DNA of 64,000 bases from Paraspadella gotoi (taxonomy: Eukaryota > Animalia > Chaetognatha). The stretch lies in the NCBI GenBank assembly GCA_051294375.1, contig CM119270.1, forward strand, positions 13,735,833 through 13,799,832. Direction: 5' to 3'. The notes beneath the pieces were generated by a model, which was not told where the DNA came from, ran no database searches, and saw nothing but the letters and a program-made list of their open reading frames with translations. The translations under genes and the position numbers were made by a program. Positions 58,788 to 64,000 of the stretch are shown here, one piece after another (the stretch's first letter is position 1; every line of letters starts with the position of its first letter).

Positions 58788-61506
58788 TTTTTTAAATTGT
58801 TTTTTAATTTTCCTCTTTAACTTTTCTCATTCCGATTTCCAGTTTGATGAATTTCCTTCCCGAGTTTTCTCCTCTCGAACGTTGGCCCCCTTTTTTTTTC
58901 ATTCCCAGTATTTTATCCGCCGCCAATTACAAAGTCGTTTCCGCCGCCGCCGCCGCCGCCGCCGCTAATGTCGCTGTCGTCGTCGCCGCCGTTGCCGCCA
59001 TCGGCGCCACTAAGGACAAGAGTCTGCCTCTCTTGACGCCCGATCCTCGGTTGCTATGGATCCCGCGTTTTCAACGAGGCCGTTGCCATGGATAATTCAC
59101 GGCGCGGACGGAGGACTGCGGACTGCAGACCGCCGAGTGGCCGGGGTGCGGGCTGCGGTGCCGACAGATATTTCAATGGATTTACATTTTTAACCGCATA
59201 CAGCGGTATAAATGCCTAAAAATAAAGTATGAATGAAGGTCTCAGGAGCTGAAGGGCAAGGGCAAGTGTTATTTAACCAAGACACGACACACATCTCCAT
59301 CTCTTCTCTCTTCCCGCCTCTCTCCATCTCTCTCTCCAGCTCTCTTCATCTCTCTCTCGCGTCCTCTCTTGTCTCGTCTCTCATCTCCATCCTCTCTCTC
59401 ATTCTCTCTCATCATCTCATCTCGCCTCTTCTCTTCTCACTTATCCTTTTCGATCTTTCTCTGCCTTTGGATTGACCAATCACGAATCAATGTATATTGT
59501 TTTGTTTCATTTCTCATAGACAATATTCGAGCAGCGACTTTCTCTCTCGTCGTCTCTCGCATCTCTCTCTCTCCTCTCCTCTCTCTCCTCTATCCTCTCT
59601 CTCTCTCGTCCTCATCTCTCCTCTCTCTCTCTCTCATCTCAATCTCTCTCCCCTCTCTCTCTCGCTATGGATATTCTGGGTTATTGCCGTGTCATCCTCA
59701 CTCCAGACTTCGAGCGAGGATTTGCAATCCGCAATTTCCTGCATTCGGGAGGTCTCCGAGATTTGTCTTCACAGCGATCGGCTGAGCAAAATCTTGCTAA
59801 AATCTCACCCGAATGTAAAACTTTAATTCAACTAATATGGGAAAAGAAAAAAATTCAAGATAGACAGGATAAATAATCGGATCTTAATAGGATTTTGAGG
59901 GTTAAAAATAAAAAGGAAATATTAAAATAAAAGAAAAGATTAAAAGAAAATAAAAAAAAAAAAAAAAGAATAGAACTTCAATTTTAGAAATTTTTGCCAA
60001 GTCACGAGTTTCCCAAGAAAGTCGACCAACGATCCTCTGTTCCCTCTCACCCTCAGTGTTTTTCTTTACGCCATCTCTCTCTCTCTCTCGCTCTCTCTGC
60101 TCTCCTCTCTCTCTACTCCTCTCACATTCTCTCTCTCTCAGTCTCCCTCGTCTCATATCTCCGCCGCACCATCGCATCTCCTTCTCCTCTCTCCCTCTCT
60201 CACATCTATTCGTCCTCTGGTTTCCAATCGGATTTTGTCACAAGACTTTCCTCCTTTCACGCCGTGAAGATAGTTGTTGTTCCAGGCGAAACATGTATCT
60301 GACCGATTTTCCCCCGGTCGTACGGTTGGTCGATTCGTCACATCATCTTCCGCAGAAGGGGCCGTCTTCATAACAAACCTGCCCACCTGCCGCCCTCCCT
60401 CAGTCGCATTCTCTTCTCTTCGTTAAAATCCGTCCGTCGCTCGTCGTCGTCGTCTGTCGTCGATCGTCGCGTCGTAGATCGCGTCGTCGTCGTCGTCGTC
60501 GTGCGGTCGGTCAAAGGAAGGAGACGGGCCGAAAATTTTTTATCTCAAGAACTTTTTTTTTGGTGGGGATCCGACTGTCGTGAGAGCAATAGAGAAAATG
60601 CATAAGAGAGGAAGAGATTAGAGAGAGAGAGAGAGAGAAAGATAAGCAAAAGAGAGAAAGATAATGAAAGAAAAAGAAAGAAAAGAAAGAAAGAAAAAAG
60701 ACAAAGACAAGAAAGAAAGAGACAGAAAAAGAGAAAGAAAGAAAGAAAGAAAGAAGAAAGAAAGAAAAGAAAGAACGGAAATTTAAAAAATATAAAATAT
60801 GATTGAACAAAAAGCCAAAAACGTAAAAAACGGCTGCGCTCTCTTTCTCTCTCTCTATCTGTCCTCCTCTCTCCAGCTCTCTCTCTCTCCTCAACTCATC
60901 ATCTCTCATCCTCTCTCTCATCTCTCTCTCAGGTAGATTGGCTTNNNNNNNNNNNNNNNNNNNNNNNNNCTCTCTCTCTCTCTCTCGCTCTGGATATCGG
61001 GTTTTGGCTCATCCTCACTCCAAGACTTCGAGGATTTGCAATCCGAGATTCTGCATTCGAGGGTCCGAGATTTGTCTTCCACGATCGGCTGAGAATCTTG
61101 TAAATCTCCCGAATGTAAACTTTATCAACTAATTGGGAAGAAAAGATAAGATAGACAGATAATCGGATCTAATAGANNNNNNNNNNNNNNNNNNNNNNNN
61201 NNNNNNNNNNNNNNNNNNNNNNNNNNNNNNNNNNNNNNNNNNNNNNNNNNNNNNNNNNNNNNNNNNNNNNNNNNNNNNNNNNNNNNNNNNNNNNNNNNNN
61301 NNNNNNNNNNNNNNNNNNNNNNNNNNNNNNNNNNNNNNNNNNNNNNNNNNNNNNNNNNNNNNNNNNTTTGTCAACAAGACTTTCCTCCTTTCACCGTGAA
61401 GTTGTTCCAGCGAAACATCTGCCGATTTTCGTCGTCGTTGTCGTCGTCATCATCTCCCAGAAGGCGTCTCATCACCTGCCGCCCTCTCGTCGCTTCTTCT
61501 TCGTTA

Positions 61507-61537
<31 letters not shown>

Positions 61538-61688
61538 NNNNNNNNNNNNNNNNNNNNNNNNNTTCGGCGACAGAGAAGATTACAGGACGACGAGGCGAAC
61601 AGTTCCAAGTCGGAGACAGACGACGTAAGTATAGTTTATTTGGCAGATAGAGAGAGGGAGAGAGAGAGAGAGAGAGAAGAGAGAGAGA

Positions 61689-61736
<48 letters not shown>

Positions 61737-62692
61737 AAGAGAGCAGCGTTTTTTACGGTTTTTGCTTTTTTGTTCAATCAATTTTTATATTTTTAAATTT
61801 TTTTCCGTCTTTCTTTTCCTTTCTTGTTTTCTTTCTTTCTTTCTTTCTTCTTTCTTTCTTTTGCTTTCTTTTTTCTTTCTTCTTTCTTGTCTTTCTTCTT
61901 TCTTTTTTTTCTTCTTTTTCTTTCTCCTTTTCTCTCTCTCTTCTCTCTCTCTTCTCTTCTCTCCTCTTCTCTTATGCATTCATGGTCTCACGAAGTCGAT
62001 CCACAAAAAAAAAGTCTGAGAAAATTTTCGGCGTCGTCCTTCTTGAGAGACGACGACGACAACAACGATAAGAAGAAGAAGCGACGAGAGGCGGCAGGTG
62101 GATGAGACGCTTCTGGGAGATGATGACGACGAAACGACGAGAATGCAGATGTTTCGCTGGAAAAACTTCATCGGTGAAAGGAGGAAAAGTCTTGTTGACA
62201 AAACCGATGGAAGAGAGAAAGAGAGAGGGGAGAGAGAGGAGGAGAGAGAGAGAGAGAGGAGAGAGAGAGGAGATGAGAGATGATGATAGAGAGAGAGAGA
62301 GTATGAGAGAGAGGAGAAGAAAAATAGAGTGTGAAAGGGACAGTAGCGTCGAACGGGAACTCGTGATTGCAAAATTCCTAAAATTGAGTTCTACTCTTTT
62401 TTTATTTCTTTTGTTTCATCTCGACTTCTTATTAATTCTTTTTATTTTACCTCAAATCTATTAGAATCGGATAAATCTGTCTATCTTATCTTTTTTTTCC
62501 CAATTAGTTTGCAATAAAGTTTACATTCGCGAGAATTTAACAAGATTCTCAAGCCGATCGTGGAAGACAAAATTCGGACCTCGAATCAGATCTCGGAATT
62601 GCAAATCTCGAAGGTCTTGGAGTGAGGATTGAGCCAAAACCGATTCCAGAGCGAGAGAGAGAGAGAGAAGAGAGAGCAGAGAGAGAGAGAGA

Positions 62693-62725
<33 letters not shown>

Positions 62726-62800
62726 AGGCGATATTGTCATGAAGAAAGACAATATCAATACAGATCGGAGGTAATCAATAGGCAGAAGATCGAAAAGAAG

Positions 62801-62843
<43 letters not shown>

Positions 62844-63358
62844 AAGAGAGAGGAGAGAGAGAGAGCGAGAGAGGAGAGAGAGAAGAAGAGAGAGAGACTC
62901 ATTCATACTATTTAGGCTTTTATCCGCTGTATGCGGTTAAATGTAAATCCTTGAAATTCTGTCGGCACGCAGTCGCACGCCGGCCACTCGGCGGCTGCAG
63001 TCCGCCAGTCATCCGTCCCGGCCGTGAATTATCCATGGCAACGGCCTCGTTGAAAAGCGGATCCATAGCAACGAGGATCGGGCGTCAAGAGAGGCAGACT
63101 CTTGTCTTAGTGGCGCGATGGCGGTGACAGTGGGCGACGACAGACATGAGGATTAGCGCGGTGGCGGTGGCGGCGGCGGCGGGGCGGCGCGCGGCGGCGG
63201 CGGCGGCGCGGGCTGGAAACGACTTTGTAATTGGCGGGGATAAAATACTGGACTGAAAAAAAAAAGGGTACGTTCGAGAGGAGAAAACTGGAAGGAATTC
63301 ATCAAACTGGATCGGAATGGAAAAGTTAAAGAGGAAAATTAAAAAACAATTTAAAAAA

Positions 63359-63695
63359 CAAGGAACCGGTTATTCCAGGTGTTGCGCCGCATTACTTCGC
63401 TTTTTAACCTTTCTTTATTCCTTATATTTCCGTGTATATCGATACGCCTCTGCCATCGGAATCACGTTTTTATTTCTTTAATTTCTTTATTTAAAGAAAA
63501 ATCGGCGCTAGTAGTCGTGTTAGATTTGAGGTTTTTTTTCCGTGTTTTAACAAATGGCAACGAGACTATAAGCAGTTTAAGCGTTTTCAACGTAAGTGGG
63601 ACAAGATCGTGGACAAGGAATGCCAACCGAGCGGAGCGACAGACCGACCGAAAGTGACTTATAGAGTTGCTTGCCGCGAGTACTGCGGCGCAACT
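63359..63695 (-). mobile_element. Inverted copy of the same Helentron-like element within the fold-back arm
   Basis: Reverse complement of 58456-58787, with indels. Confidence 0.6.
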
Positions 63696-64000
63696 ACTCA
63701 ATCTGTAGAGAAAAAAGGAAAACGGGAATTATATACGAAATTTTGTTAAGAAATTAATTATAGACAGAAAACTGGAGGACGGGTAAAACAATTATCGATC
63801 TTTTATTTTGAACGTGTTTTGACGTCGTTTGCTTGTCATCGCGGTCCTGACGCCGTCGGAGTCAACTGAACGAGAGCGGAAGGGAGACGTGGTTGTGTCG
63901 TCTGTCATTAATTCCTGATTGTCGTCGTCATTATGGTCGTCATCGTCGTGTTGTTGACGTGGTAGGTCGAGTTTTCCACGCCCGTAACGAGAGACAAAAC

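Larger units (their letters stand above)
40224..61562. other. Assembly gaps: five of exactly 25 N (40224-40248, 49851-49875, 57410-57434, 60945-60969, 61538-61562) plus sized gaps (51387-51642, 53747-54187, 54348-54538, 54672-54866, 61177-61366)
   Basis: N runs counted directly. Confidence 0.95.
58152..64000. repeat. Large imperfect inverted duplication (left arm ~58150-60930, right arm ~61563-64000) with interleaved direct fragments at 60970-61537
   Basis: 58152 GTTTGTCTCTCGTTACGGGCGTG is the reverse complement of the window end. 59040-59230 mirrors ~62900-63100, and 60510-60850 mirrors ~61740-62050. The centre lies at 25-N gaps. Confidence 0.85.

Overview
Eukaryotic (metazoan, probably invertebrate) genomic DNA from a gap-filled draft assembly, rich in (GA)n microsatellites and N-gaps. 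The main feature is a + strand eIF4G (eIF4-gamma 1/3-like) gene that I traced by hand as 33 phase-consistent coding exons (~7.6-26.9 kb, about 2,240-2,310 aa). It has a very long His/Gln/Pro-rich N-terminus, a PABP-binding motif, the YDREFLL eIF4E-binding motif, and MIF4G, MA3 and W2 domains. Bases 31359-49414 are two apparently identical, indel-ridden copies (offset exactly 9,191 bp) of the gene's 3' part and downstream flank. They most likely come from one raw long read pasted in twice, not from true paralogs. That read carries a 620-bp insertion absent from the primary copy: a complete miniature LTR retrotransposon (TRIM) with LTR-PBS(tRNA-Trp-like)-PPT-LTR structure and a 4-bp TSD. Its LTRs contain a 72-nt tRNA-like Pol III promoter module. 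A solo LTR of the same family lies antisense in eIF4G intron 4. Also present: a hAT-like MITE, a Helentron/DINE-1-like element, candidate CRE/E-box/ETS, CCAAT-trimer and X-box regulatory clusters, and a fold-back (inverted) duplication at 58-64 kb that is probably an artifact. All coordinates were read by eye; no database searches were run.
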